The position numbers and the translations under genes were made by a program. Under the pieces are notes generated by a model. It saw only the letters and a list, made by a program, of their open reading frames with translations. It made no database searches and had not been told where the DNA came from. From Gaiellaceae bacterium (GTDB lineage: Bacteria; Actinomycetota; Thermoleophilia; Gaiellales; Gaiellaceae): a stretch of DNA of 39,539 nucleotides. This document shows, in pieces, positions 17,057-24,864 of the stretch. Every line of letters begins with the position of its first letter. The stretch's first letter is position 1. The stretch lies in contig DASTEM010000254.1 of assembly GCA_035709545.1 (NCBI GenBank), positions 1-39,539 of the forward strand, read 5' to 3'.

Positions 17057-17482
17057 GTGAAAGCGACGATGCTCCTCGCGGACTACGCCGTCGTCTCGGA
17101 CGGCAAACTGACGATCGTCGGCGGCGGATGGTCGCAGACAGGGCCCGATCCGGCCGCGTTCGGGATCGGCCTCCTCATTCAGGTCCCGTGGGACCTCGCG
17201 AACACACCGCATACGTTCTCTGTCGAGCTGCTCGACGCCGACGGAGGTGCCGTCACGGTCGATGCGGACGAGGACGAGGATCGTGTCGTGGCGTTCGGCG
17301 GTGGGTTCGAGGTCGGCCGCCCGCCGGGGCTGAAGCCAGGAACACCGCTCGACTTCCCGGTGGCGGTCAACTCGACACCACTGCCGCTCGAGCCAGGTCG
17401 GTACGAGTGGCGGCTTACCATCGACGGCGACTCGCGAGCGGATTGGACATTGCCGTTTACGGTGCGCGCGGTGGAGTCGTAG
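17057..17482 (+). CDS. hypothetical protein (141 aa, beta-rich)
   Basis: GTG-started ORF with protein-like composition (LLADYAVVSDGKLTIVGGGWS...YEWRLTIDGD). No catalytic motif recognised. Confidence 0.55.
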   Translation: MKATMLLADYAVVSDGKLTIVGGGWSQTGPDPAAFGIGLLIQVPWDLANTPHTFSVELLDADGGAVTVDADEDEDRVVAFGGGFEVGRPPGLKPGTPLDFPVAVNSTPLPLEPGRYEWRLTIDGDSRADWTLPFTVRAVES

Positions 17483-17532
17483 CCGCCCGGGCATCCAACT
17501 GCGGATGCTTGGGGTCCGTCCGATTGGGTCCG

Positions 17533-17538
17533 TACGCT
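17533..17538 (+). promoter_or_regulatory. -10-like hexamer TACGCT, leaderless geometry for CDS 17546..17788
   Basis: TANNNT hexamer 7 nt upstream of ATG 17546. Confidence 0.35.
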
Positions 17539-17545
17539 CGAAAAC

Positions 17546-17788
17546 ATGCCCATAACCCCGACTCGTATCGATCTGCTCGAGCTCGATATCGACCTTCGTC
17601 TCACAGACCTCTGGCGGGAAGCCGTTGATGTCTCCGAGTGGAGCCTCGAGGTCGTCGCCGCGTTCATTCGAGCTGCATACGGCAAGGGATATTGCGACGC
17701 CTTGACGGAAGAGTCGCCCGGTTCGCTCTGCGTCGAGCACGGCTACCGCATGCCGGATCGCCGTGTGGCCGAGCGCGACGCCGCGTAA
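17546..17788 (+). CDS. hypothetical protein (80 aa)
   Basis: ATG ORF with acidic, protein-like composition and the leaderless promoter geometry. No motif recognised. Confidence 0.45.
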   Translation: MPITPTRIDLLELDIDLRLTDLWREAVDVSEWSLEVVAAFIRAAYGKGYCDALTEESPGSLCVEHGYRMPDRRVAERDAA

Positions 17789-17822
17789 GCACTTGTTCAC
17801 CGAGCTTCCGCGCGCGCAGGGC

Positions 17823-17828
17823 TAGACT
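17823..17828 (+). promoter_or_regulatory. -10-like hexamer TAGACT, leaderless geometry for the ccmE operon
   Basis: TANNNT hexamer 6 nt upstream of GTG 17835. Confidence 0.4.
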
Positions 17829-17834
17829 TCTCCC

Positions 17835-18245
17835 GTGGCACGCAAGGCGAGTCCCGCGCGGCTCGTGATCGCGCTCTCGGTAGCTGCGGTCCTGGCCGTC
17901 TTCCTCCTGTACACGTCTATTGCCGGGGGCGGGAACCCGTCGGTCGCCCCGAGCGCGCTCCAGGGGCGCACGGGCGAGGTACAGCTCGCAGGGCTCGTGG
18001 TAGGTCCTGTCACCGGAGATGCCCATGCCGGTGGCCTTCGCTTCAGGCTCAAGGACATCGGGAGCAAGTCGAAAACGCGTGTGGCGGTCCGGTACACAGG
18101 CTCCGTACCCGATCTCTTCAAGGTTGGACGCCACATCGTCATCGACGGCCGGCTTCGCAGTGGTGTCTTCGTCGCCGAGCCGGGCTCGATGATCACGAAG
18201 TGCCCCTCGAAATACGCGCCGAAGCAGAGCGGCGACTCCACCTAG
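17835..18245 (+). CDS. ccmE: cytochrome c maturation haem chaperone CcmE, CXXXY variant
   Basis: N-terminal TM anchor, OB-fold region with SVPDLFKVGRHIVIDG (compare E. coli ILPDLFREGQGVVVQG). The C-terminal ITKCPSKYAP aligns with E. coli LAKHDENYTP, so Cys replaces the haem-binding His. Confidence 0.85.
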   Translation: MARKASPARLVIALSVAAVLAVFLLYTSIAGGGNPSVAPSALQGRTGEVQLAGLVVGPVTGDAHAGGLRFRLKDIGSKSKTRVAVRYTGSVPDLFKVGRHIVIDGRLRSGVFVAEPGSMITKCPSKYAPKQSGDST

Positions 18246-18257
18246 GCGCTACGGTCA

Positions 18258-20252
18258 ATGCCCGAGCTGGGTCGAGCCGCGCTCGTCGTCACCCTCGGCC
18301 TCGTCGTATACGCGTTGGTCGCAGGCGGGGCTGCGGCGCACCTCGGACGCCGACGGCTCGCGCAGTCTGCCCAGAACGCTCTGATCGCAGCGTTCTTCAC
18401 GACAGCGATCGCGTCTGTGGTCCTTCTTGCAGCGCTCGTTCGCCACGACTTCTCCTTCGCGTACGTAGCCCGCACGACGAGCGAGGCGCTGCCGACCCCG
18501 TACACGATCTCGGCCTTCTGGGGCGGTCAGGAGGGATCGCTGCTCTTGTGGTTGCTCGTGCTGACGGGGTTCGGAGCCGCGGCGGTACGGCTCAACAGGA
18601 CCTGGGCGCGCGATCTGATCGTCTGGGTGGTCCCTGTCTTCGCCGCCGTTGCGACCTTCTTCTCGTTCTTGGTGGTCGCGGTCGCGAGCCCATTCGCGAC
18701 GCAGGTGGCGCCACCGGACGGCGCGGGCATGACTCCGAGCCTCCAGAACCCGTACATGCTCGCTCATCCGCCGCTTCTGTACCTCGGCTACGTCGGGCTG
18801 ACAGTCCCGTTCGCTTTCGCTCTCGCCGCGCTTCTGTCCGGGCGACTCGACGAACGCTGGCTCATCGCCACTCGCCGCTGGACGCTCCTGGCGTGGACGG
18901 CGCTCGGCATCGGGCAGCTCCTCGGAGCGCACTGGGCATATGTGGAAGTTGGATGGGGCGGCTACTACGCGTGGGATCCGGTCGAGAACGCAGCCCTCAT
19001 GCCCTGGCTCGCAGCCACGGCGTTCCTCCACTCGGTGATGATCCAAGAGAAGCGCGGAATGCTGAAGATCTGGAACGTCCTCCTCGTGATCCTCGCTTTC
19101 TCGCTGTCGCTCTTCGGTACGTTTCTCACGCGGTCCGGCGTCGTCAACTCGATCCACGCGTTCACGCAGAGCTCGATCGGGCCGTGGTTCCTGGCCTTCA
19201 TCGGGCTGACCGTGGCTGTCTCGCTCGGCCTTGTCTTCTGGCGGCTTCCGCAACTGCGATCGCCGACGAGGCTCGAGTCGCCGATCTCGCGCGAAGCGGC
19301 GTTTCTCTTCAACAACCTGCTCCTGCTCGCGCTGTGCCTGGCCATCCTCTGGGGAGTCGTGTATCCGATGCTCTCCGAGGCGATCCGCGGCGAGGCGGTG
19401 GTTCTCGGTCGCTCCTACTACGACTTCTTCCTGCGGGCCTTCGGACTTCCGCTGCTGCTCTTGATGGGGATAGGTCCGCTGATCGCGTGGCGGAGCGCGT
19501 CGTTCCGGAGTCTCGCGACGACGTTTCGTTGGCCGACTCTCGTCGCCCTCGTGGCCGGGGTCGTGCTCCTCGTCCTCGGTGCCGGCAGCTCGATTCCAGG
19601 GCTCATCGCGTACACGTTCTCGGCGTTCGTCTTCGCCACGATCGTGATGGAGTTCGCCCGCGGGACCCGCGCCCGCAAAGCGCTTGGCGCCGCGTCGTGG
19701 CCGGCCGCCTTCTCGTCGCTGATGGCCCGGAATCGGCGCCGCTACGGTGGGTATGTCGTCCACGCCTCGATCGTCCTACTTGCGATCGGCGTCGCCGGCT
19801 CGAGTGCGTTCGACTCCGTCGCGGACGCGAAACTCACCCGGGGCGAGTCCCTCGCGATCGGCGGCTACACGCTGGTTTACCGGTCGCTCGACGAGCGTCA
19901 GTCGGCCAACGCGACCGAGATCCGGGCAACATTGGGAGTCAGTCGCGGCGGCGACGATCTCGGCACGCTCGAGGCCGGGAAGAACGCATACACCATCGAG
20001 CGCCAGGTATCGAACGAGGTCGGGATCCGCAGCGACAAGGTCACCGGAGAGGACCTCTTCGTCATCGCGGAGCAGATCAACGCGGATGGAAGCGTGAACT
20101 TCCGTGTCTTCGTAAAGCCGCTCGTCAACCTCATCTGGCTGGCGGGATTGGTCTTCCTGCTGGGATCGGCCATCACCCTCTGGCCGGACCGCCGAGAGCA
20201 GCGGAGGCTGGTGGCCCGTGCGGGCGAAGTCGGCCTTCCTGCGACGCGTTGA
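18258..20252 (+). CDS. ccmF: cytochrome c-type biogenesis protein CcmF (haem lyase component)
   Basis: 664-aa polytopic membrane protein with the WWD motif WGGYYAWDPVENAALMPWL, immediately downstream of ccmE. Confidence 0.92.
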   Translation: MPELGRAALVVTLGLVVYALVAGGAAAHLGRRRLAQSAQNALIAAFFTTAIASVVLLAALVRHDFSFAYVARTTSEALPTPYTISAFWGGQEGSLLLWLLVLTGFGAAAVRLNRTWARDLIVWVVPVFAAVATFFSFLVVAVASPFATQVAPPDGAGMTPSLQNPYMLAHPPLLYLGYVGLTVPFAFALAALLSGRLDERWLIATRRWTLLAWTALGIGQLLGAHWAYVEVGWGGYYAWDPVENAALMPWLAATAFLHSVMIQEKRGMLKIWNVLLVILAFSLSLFGTFLTRSGVVNSIHAFTQSSIGPWFLAFIGLTVAVSLGLVFWRLPQLRSPTRLESPISREAAFLFNNLLLLALCLAILWGVVYPMLSEAIRGEAVVLGRSYYDFFLRAFGLPLLLLMGIGPLIAWRSASFRSLATTFRWPTLVALVAGVVLLVLGAGSSIPGLIAYTFSAFVFATIVMEFARGTRARKALGAASWPAAFSSLMARNRRRYGGYVVHASIVLLAIGVAGSSAFDSVADAKLTRGESLAIGGYTLVYRSLDERQSANATEIRATLGVSRGGDDLGTLEAGKNAYTIERQVSNEVGIRSDKVTGEDLFVIAEQINADGSVNFRVFVKPLVNLIWLAGLVFLLGSAITLWPDRREQRRLVARAGEVGLPATR

Positions 20253-20599
20253 CGATCGCGTTGCTGCTGGCCGTCGCGCTTGCCGTAGCCTGCGTCGTCG
20301 TGGTGGCCTTTCCGTTCCTCAGGGAACCCGAGCCAGAGACTGACGCTCTCGACGAGCTCGACGAGGATGAGCGTCATCGGCTGGAGCTGCTCGAGGCTCG
20401 CGACCGCGCGCTTGGGGCGCTCAAGGAGCTCGAGTTCGATCATCGCACCGGGACGATCTCGGACGACGACTATCGAGAGCAGATCGGCCAGCTTCGTCGT
20501 GAGGCGGCGGCCGCGCTGCAGGCTCTGCGTCGTGGCGACAACGAATCGCGTACGGAGGCTCCTGACAGGGAGGGACGTCCGATTGGCGGGCGAACCTAG
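20249..20599 (+). CDS. single-TM protein resembling the N-terminal module of CcmI/CycH (116 aa)
   Basis: TTG 20249 overlaps the ccmF stop (TTGA). TM segment is LTIALLLAVALAVACVVVVAFPFL. It is followed by ...LKELEFDHRTGTISDDDYREQIGQLRREAAAAL, which resembles the CcmI N-terminal pattern (TM, then Y..QL.E...D...G.I....). The start codon is uncertain. Confidence 0.45.
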   Translation: MTIALLLAVALAVACVVVVAFPFLREPEPETDALDELDEDERHRLELLEARDRALGALKELEFDHRTGTISDDDYREQIGQLRREAAAALQALRRGDNESRTEAPDREGRPIGGRT

Positions 20600-20603
20600 A
20601 GCG

Positions 20604-21791
20604 ATGGGACGACGATCGCTCCTCATCGTCGGGCTCACGCTCGCGCTCGTCTGCGCCGCACCTGCGGCAGGCGAAGACATCGAAGATCAGAAGGCCGCAG
20701 TCGATGCTCGTATCGCTGCGCTCCAAGCCGAGATCGCTGCGTCGAAGGACGCGGAGGGAGTGCTCACCTCGCAGCTCTCGGCGGTCGTCTCCGAGCTCGG
20801 CGCCGCGCAGACCGCCGTCGAGGAGGCGCAGTCCAGCCTCGGCGTCCTCGAAGCCGAGCTTGCGACGGAGCAGGACCACCTCGCCTCGCTGACCGCCCTG
20901 CTCGAGAGGCAGACGCTGCGACTCGAGCGGCTCCAGGCTGAGTACGCGCATGCGGTCGGGATCCTCGAATCTCGGGTTCGAGCCATCTACATCGAAGAGC
21001 CTCCGGACGTCCTGTCCTTCCTCGTCTCGGCGTCCAGCTTCGACGACGTCATCGACAGCGTCGAGTTCATGAGCAGGATCGGCCGGCAGGACGAACGCAT
21101 CGCGCGCCTGGTAGAGACAGCGAAGCGCCGAGCCGCAGCCGAGCGAAGCGCGACTGCCGCGACGCGCCGCCTAACCGCTGCGACGGTCTCGGTGATCTCC
21201 GCGCGCACGGACGAGGCGCGCGCAGTCCGCGATCGGCTGGCGGCGAGTCGCGATACCCTCGCCGCCGCACGAAAGCTCAAGCGAAGCGCCATCGTGAGCT
21301 CGCGCGAGTCCCGTGAGGAGTATCTGGCCGAGGTCGAAGCGCTCGCTGCGCAGAGCGCATCGCTCGCTGCTGCGATTCGAGACTCACAGGCGAGCCTTGG
21401 CTCGAGCGGCACCGGAGCACCGTCGGCGGCAGGGCTCATCTGGCCAGTGGACGGCGTGGTCGTGAGTGGGTACGGCATGCGTTGGGGGCGTATGCACGAG
21501 GGGATCGACATCTCAGCATCCTCGGGCACGCCGATCCGGGCTGCCGCCGCCGGCACCGTGATCCACGCCGGATGGCTCGGCGGCTACGGAAATCTCGTCG
21601 TCGTCGATCACGGAGACGGGCTCGCGACCGCGTACGCGCACGCGTCGGTCATCGTGGTCGTCGTGGGTCAGCAGGTGAGTCAGGGCGAGACCGTGTCGCT
21701 CGTCGGCTCGACGGGGAACTCCTCGGGGCCACACCTGCATTTCGAAGTGCGCGTCAACGGCGACGCCGTCGACCCGCTCTTCTATCTCTAG
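20604..21791 (+). CDS. M23-family peptidoglycan DD-metalloendopeptidase with N-terminal coiled coil (EnvC-like architecture)
   Basis: Signal peptide is MGRRSLLIVGLTLALVCAAPAAG, followed by a long coiled coil. LytM motifs are HEGIDISASSGTPIRAAAAGTV, GNLVVVDHGDGLATAYAH and GSTGNSSGPHLHFEVRVNG. Confidence 0.9.
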   Translation: MGRRSLLIVGLTLALVCAAPAAGEDIEDQKAAVDARIAALQAEIAASKDAEGVLTSQLSAVVSELGAAQTAVEEAQSSLGVLEAELATEQDHLASLTALLERQTLRLERLQAEYAHAVGILESRVRAIYIEEPPDVLSFLVSASSFDDVIDSVEFMSRIGRQDERIARLVETAKRRAAAERSATAATRRLTAATVSVISARTDEARAVRDRLAASRDTLAAARKLKRSAIVSSRESREEYLAEVEALAAQSASLAAAIRDSQASLGSSGTGAPSAAGLIWPVDGVVVSGYGMRWGRMHEGIDISASSGTPIRAAAAGTVIHAGWLGGYGNLVVVDHGDGLATAYAHASVIVVVVGQQVSQGETVSLVGSTGNSSGPHLHFEVRVNGDAVDPLFYL

Positions 21792-21800
21792 CTGCGTCGG

Positions 21801-22376
21801 TTACGCCGCTTCGGTGACCGTGCGCGGCAACGCTTCCGGGACTACGACGTGGAGGTCCGGAAACGCGCGCCAACGCTCGTCGAGCCCCAAGCCGTACCCG
21901 GCGAAGAGCTCGTCTGGGACCGTAAAACCGACGTACCTGAGCGGAATCGCCTCGACGAGCCGGCGATACGGCCGGTCGAGAAGCGTGACCGCGGCAAGGC
22001 TGGCGGGGCTCCTGAGGCCGAGCGTCCTGCACAGGAAGTGGAGTGTGAGCCCGGTGTCGACGACGTCTTCGACAATCAGGACGTGTCGGCCCTCGAGTGG
22101 TGAATCGACGTCCTTCAAGAGTCGGACTGCTCCGTCCTGGCCACCGCTGTAGGGCGCGAGCTCGATGACGTCGAGCGTGTGTGGGATTCGAAGCTCTCGC
22201 GTGAGGTCTGCAAGGAATACGACGCTCGACTTCAGAGGCGCGATGAGAATCGGATCGAGAGCAGCGTAATCGCGCGCGATCTCGTCTCCCAACCCGGCCA
22301 CTCGAGTAGCGATCTCCGCACGCGTGAGGTAGACGGCACCGACTTCGCCGATCTCGGATCGCTGCGTCGTCGGCAC
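21801..22376 (-). CDS. hpt: hypoxanthine-guanine phosphoribosyltransferase
   Basis: PRPP-binding motif is HVLIVEDVVDTGLTL. The length (191 aa) and the N-terminal LTRAEIATRVAGLGDEIARDY pattern are typical of Hpt. Confidence 0.9.
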   Translation of the reverse strand: MPTTQRSEIGEVGAVYLTRAEIATRVAGLGDEIARDYAALDPILIAPLKSSVVFLADLTRELRIPHTLDVIELAPYSGGQDGAVRLLKDVDSPLEGRHVLIVEDVVDTGLTLHFLCRTLGLRSPASLAAVTLLDRPYRRLVEAIPLRYVGFTVPDELFAGYGLGLDERWRAFPDLHVVVPEALPRTVTEAA

Positions 22377-22379
22377 AGC

Positions 22380-22748
22380 CTACGACGCGAGCCGCAGCCG
22401 GTATCGCTGCGCAAGGCGCTCGATGTCGCGCCGGTAGAAGAGCTTGACCTTGACGTGCGGATACAGGCGCTGCACCTCGCGGAGCTTCCTGTTCTTCCGT
22501 GTGACCAACGACTGCTTCATCACTGTGACCTCGATGAAGAGGTCTTGCTCCGGCAAGTAGAAGTCGGGCGTGAAGGCGCTCACGACGCGGCCTTCCTCGT
22601 CGCGTTCGAGTACGAACGAGTGCGGCTCGTAGTCCCAGGGCACATCGTAGTAGTCGAGAATCTTCGCGCATTCAACCTCGACGCGATTCGCGAATCGCGG
22701 AGGGTCCGTTCCACAATATGCCTGGAAAACGGGACTTTCGACCCGCAC
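22380..22748 (-). CDS. hypothetical protein (122 aa), possible PD-(D/E)XK-like nuclease fold
   Basis: GTG start with TACCCT 7 nt upstream; its stop is 3 nt before hpt. The segment FTPDFYLPEQDLFIEVTVMK resembles a D...E.K nuclease core, but the spacing is atypical. Confidence 0.55.
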   Translation of the reverse strand: MRVESPVFQAYCGTDPPRFANRVEVECAKILDYYDVPWDYEPHSFVLERDEEGRVVSAFTPDFYLPEQDLFIEVTVMKQSLVTRKNRKLREVQRLYPHVKVKLFYRRDIERLAQRYRLRLAS

Positions 22749-22755
22749 CTGCGCC

Positions 22756-22761
22756 AGGGTA
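22756..22761 (-). promoter_or_regulatory. -10-like hexamer TACCCT, leaderless geometry for the 122-aa gene / hpt operon
   Basis: TANNNT hexamer on the minus strand, 7 nt upstream of GTG 22748. Confidence 0.35.
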
Positions 22762-22792
22762 GCAGTGGCCTCGGACGGCCTCGGCCGCGTCG

Positions 22793-22798
22793 TAGACT
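22793..22798 (+). promoter_or_regulatory. -10-like hexamer TAGACT, leaderless geometry for the phosphoesterase/cpgS/2PGK operon
   Basis: TANNNT hexamer 6 nt upstream of ATG 22805. Confidence 0.4.
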
Positions 22799-22804
22799 GT
22801 CCAC

Positions 22805-23611
22805 ATGCTGAACCACGGCGACGTCGTTCGCATCGCGCAGCTCTCGGACCTGCACTGTGGAGAGCAGTACTTCGAGGCCAGTCTCCTGGAGCGCGCGATC
22901 AGCGAGATCAACGAGCTGCGCCCGGACATGGTCGTCTGCTCAGGAGATCTGACGACGTTCGGCTTCCGCCACGAGTACCTCACCGCACGGGAGTACCTGG
23001 ACCGCATTGACTGCGACTCCGTCGTCGTCGTTCCGGGCAATCACGACTCCCGAAACGTCGGGTACGTCCACTTCGAGGAGATGTTCGGAGAGCGCAACTC
23101 GGTGCTGCGCAAGCGAGGCGTCGCGATCGTCGCCGTTGACTCGAGCGAGCCCGATCTCGACCACGGCCAGATCGGCCGCGGTCGTTACCTCTGGATAGAG
23201 GAGCAGTTCGCCGCAGAACCGGCCGAGCTCAAGATCTTCGTACTGCACCACCACCTCCTGCCGGTGCCGGGTACCGGCCGCGAGCGGAACATCGTGTACG
23301 ACGCAGGCGACGCGATCGAGTGCCTCCAACGTGCCGGAGTACGGCTCGTCCTCTCGGGTCATAAGCACGTGCCATACGTCTGGCGCCTCGAGGATCTCTT
23401 CGTGGTGAACGCGGGAACCGTCTCGTCACTGCGACTGCGCGGAAATACGAGACCTTGTTACAACGTCATCGAGATCGCCGACCGGACCGTGACGATCTGG
23501 CGCCGGCATCCGTTCCACGGTCAACTTCAGCTCGTCTCGTTCTCGCTCGACACGCTCGAGTACGCGAAGTTCACCGGTGGAATCGAGAATCAGGTGACGT
23601 CGCGCACTTGA
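22805..23611 (+). CDS. calcineurin-like metallophosphoesterase
   Basis: Motifs in canonical order: IAQLSDLHCG, CSGDLTTFG, VVVPGNHD, FVLHHH and LSGHKHV. Confidence 0.85.
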   Translation: MLNHGDVVRIAQLSDLHCGEQYFEASLLERAISEINELRPDMVVCSGDLTTFGFRHEYLTAREYLDRIDCDSVVVVPGNHDSRNVGYVHFEEMFGERNSVLRKRGVAIVAVDSSEPDLDHGQIGRGRYLWIEEQFAAEPAELKIFVLHHHLLPVPGTGRERNIVYDAGDAIECLQRAGVRLVLSGHKHVPYVWRLEDLFVVNAGTVSSLRLRGNTRPCYNVIEIADRTVTIWRRHPFHGQLQLVSFSLDTLEYAKFTGGIENQVTSRT

Positions 23612-24864
23612 GAGCGGTCGCAATCGTCGACGGGGAGCATTACCCGCCCGTCGTCCGCGACGCGTTGGCCGCGCTGCCGTACGAGTTCGCCGCTGCAGTT
23701 CTCGTCGGCGGGACGGAGAAGCTACGAGACGGCGACGACTACGGGCTGCCGCTCTCGATGGACGTCGAAGCTGCAATCGCAGCCTACGCACCCGATGTCG
23801 TCGTCGATCTCTCGGACGAGCCAGTGCTGGGGCCCGTAGAACGGTTCGCGCTGGCTAGTCGCGTTCTCGCGCGCGGAGTGCCGTACCTCGGAGCGGACTT
23901 CCGGCTCGATCCTCCGGAGAGGCTCCCCTTCGAGCTCCCGTCGATCACGGTTGCCGGCACCGGCAAGCGCGTGGGCAAGACGGCGGTGACAGGCCACCTC
24001 GCACGACTTGTCGCCGCAACAAGGCGGGTCGTCGTGGTCGCGATGGGCCGAGGAGGACCCGACGTGCCCGAGGCGATCACCGTTCCTCCCACAGTGGAGG
24101 CTCTCATCGAGTTGTCTCGGTCCGGACGCCATGCTGCGTCGGACCACCTGGAGATAGCAGCCGTCACCGGCCTGCAGACGGTGGGCTGCCGCCGCTGCGG
24201 AGGGGGCATGGCAGGCGGGGTCGCCCGCTCGAACGTAGCCGAAGGCGCCGCGCTTGCGGCGTCTCTTGCACCCGATCTCGTCGTCTTCGACGGAAGCGGC
24301 GCTGCGCTGCCGCCGATCGCCGCCGATCGCACGATCGTCGTCGTCTCAGGGAACCAGGAGGCGGCCGTGGTCGCCGGGTACCTGAATGCGTACCGCCTGC
24401 TTCTCGCCGACCTCGTCGTGGTGACCATGGCCGAGGCCGAGTCAGACTGGGAGCACGTTCGTGACGCAGTCGCCGGCGTGGTGCGCCCGGAAGTACCCGT
24501 TGTGGGGACGATCCTCCGGCCTCGGCCGGTTGTAGACGTCAGTGGGCGCTCCGTCGCCTACTTCTGCACCGCTCCGGCGGTCGCTCACCCAGCTCTCGCT
24601 GCCCACCTGAGTGACGTTCACGGAGCGCACGTCACGCACGTCTCGGGCAATCTCGCCGACCGCCGGGCGCTCCGAGCCGAGCTCGACGATGTGGAAGCCG
24701 ACATCTTCCTGGTCGAGCTCAAGGCCGCAGCCGTCGACGTCGTGGCAGAGGCGGCGCGGGCCCGCGGGGCTCGTGTCGCCCTCGCCGCGAACGACGTCGT
24801 CAACGAGGCGGACGATCGGGACCTTGACGAGATGCTCCTCGAGATGGCCAAATTCGACGAATGA
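23608..24864 (+). CDS. cpgS: cyclic 2,3-diphosphoglycerate synthetase-like P-loop protein (COG2403 family)
   Basis: The N-terminal AIVDGEHYPPVV motif and the P-loop ITVAGTGKRVGKTAV match my recollection of the cDPG synthetase family. Length is 418 aa. It lies directly upstream of, and overlapping, a 2-phosphoglycerate kinase-like gene. TTG 23608 overlaps the upstream stop (TTGA). Confidence 0.6.
   Translation: MRAVAIVDGEHYPPVVRDALAALPYEFAAAVLVGGTEKLRDGDDYGLPLSMDVEAAIAAYAPDVVVDLSDEPVLGPVERFALASRVLARGVPYLGADFRLDPPERLPFELPSITVAGTGKRVGKTAVTGHLARLVAATRRVVVVAMGRGGPDVPEAITVPPTVEALIELSRSGRHAASDHLEIAAVTGLQTVGCRRCGGGMAGGVARSNVAEGAALAASLAPDLVVFDGSGAALPPIAADRTIVVVSGNQEAAVVAGYLNAYRLLLADLVVVTMAEAESDWEHVRDAVAGVVRPEVPVVGTILRPRPVVDVSGRSVAYFCTAPAVAHPALAAHLSDVHGAHVTHVSGNLADRRALRAELDDVEADIFLVELKAAAVDVVAEAARARGARVALAANDVVNEADDRDLDEMLLEMAKFDE

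Noticed and set aside
18200-20248. Upstream 680 codons of the 799-aa +2-frame ORF, and the 502-aa antisense ORF (18255..19763), both overlapping ccmF
   Set aside because: Both are Arg-rich and low-complexity, while the ccmF frame carries the WWD motif and TM periodicity. Only the last 116 codons, after the ccmF stop, look like a real protein.
23455-23607. Longer start for the cpgS-like gene at 23455 (469-aa ORF-track version)
   Set aside because: It would overlap the metallophosphoesterase gene by 157 nt. The extra 51 residues are Arg/Asp-rich with no family signal. The conserved AIVDGEHYP motif follows directly after TTG 23608, which overlaps the upstream stop.
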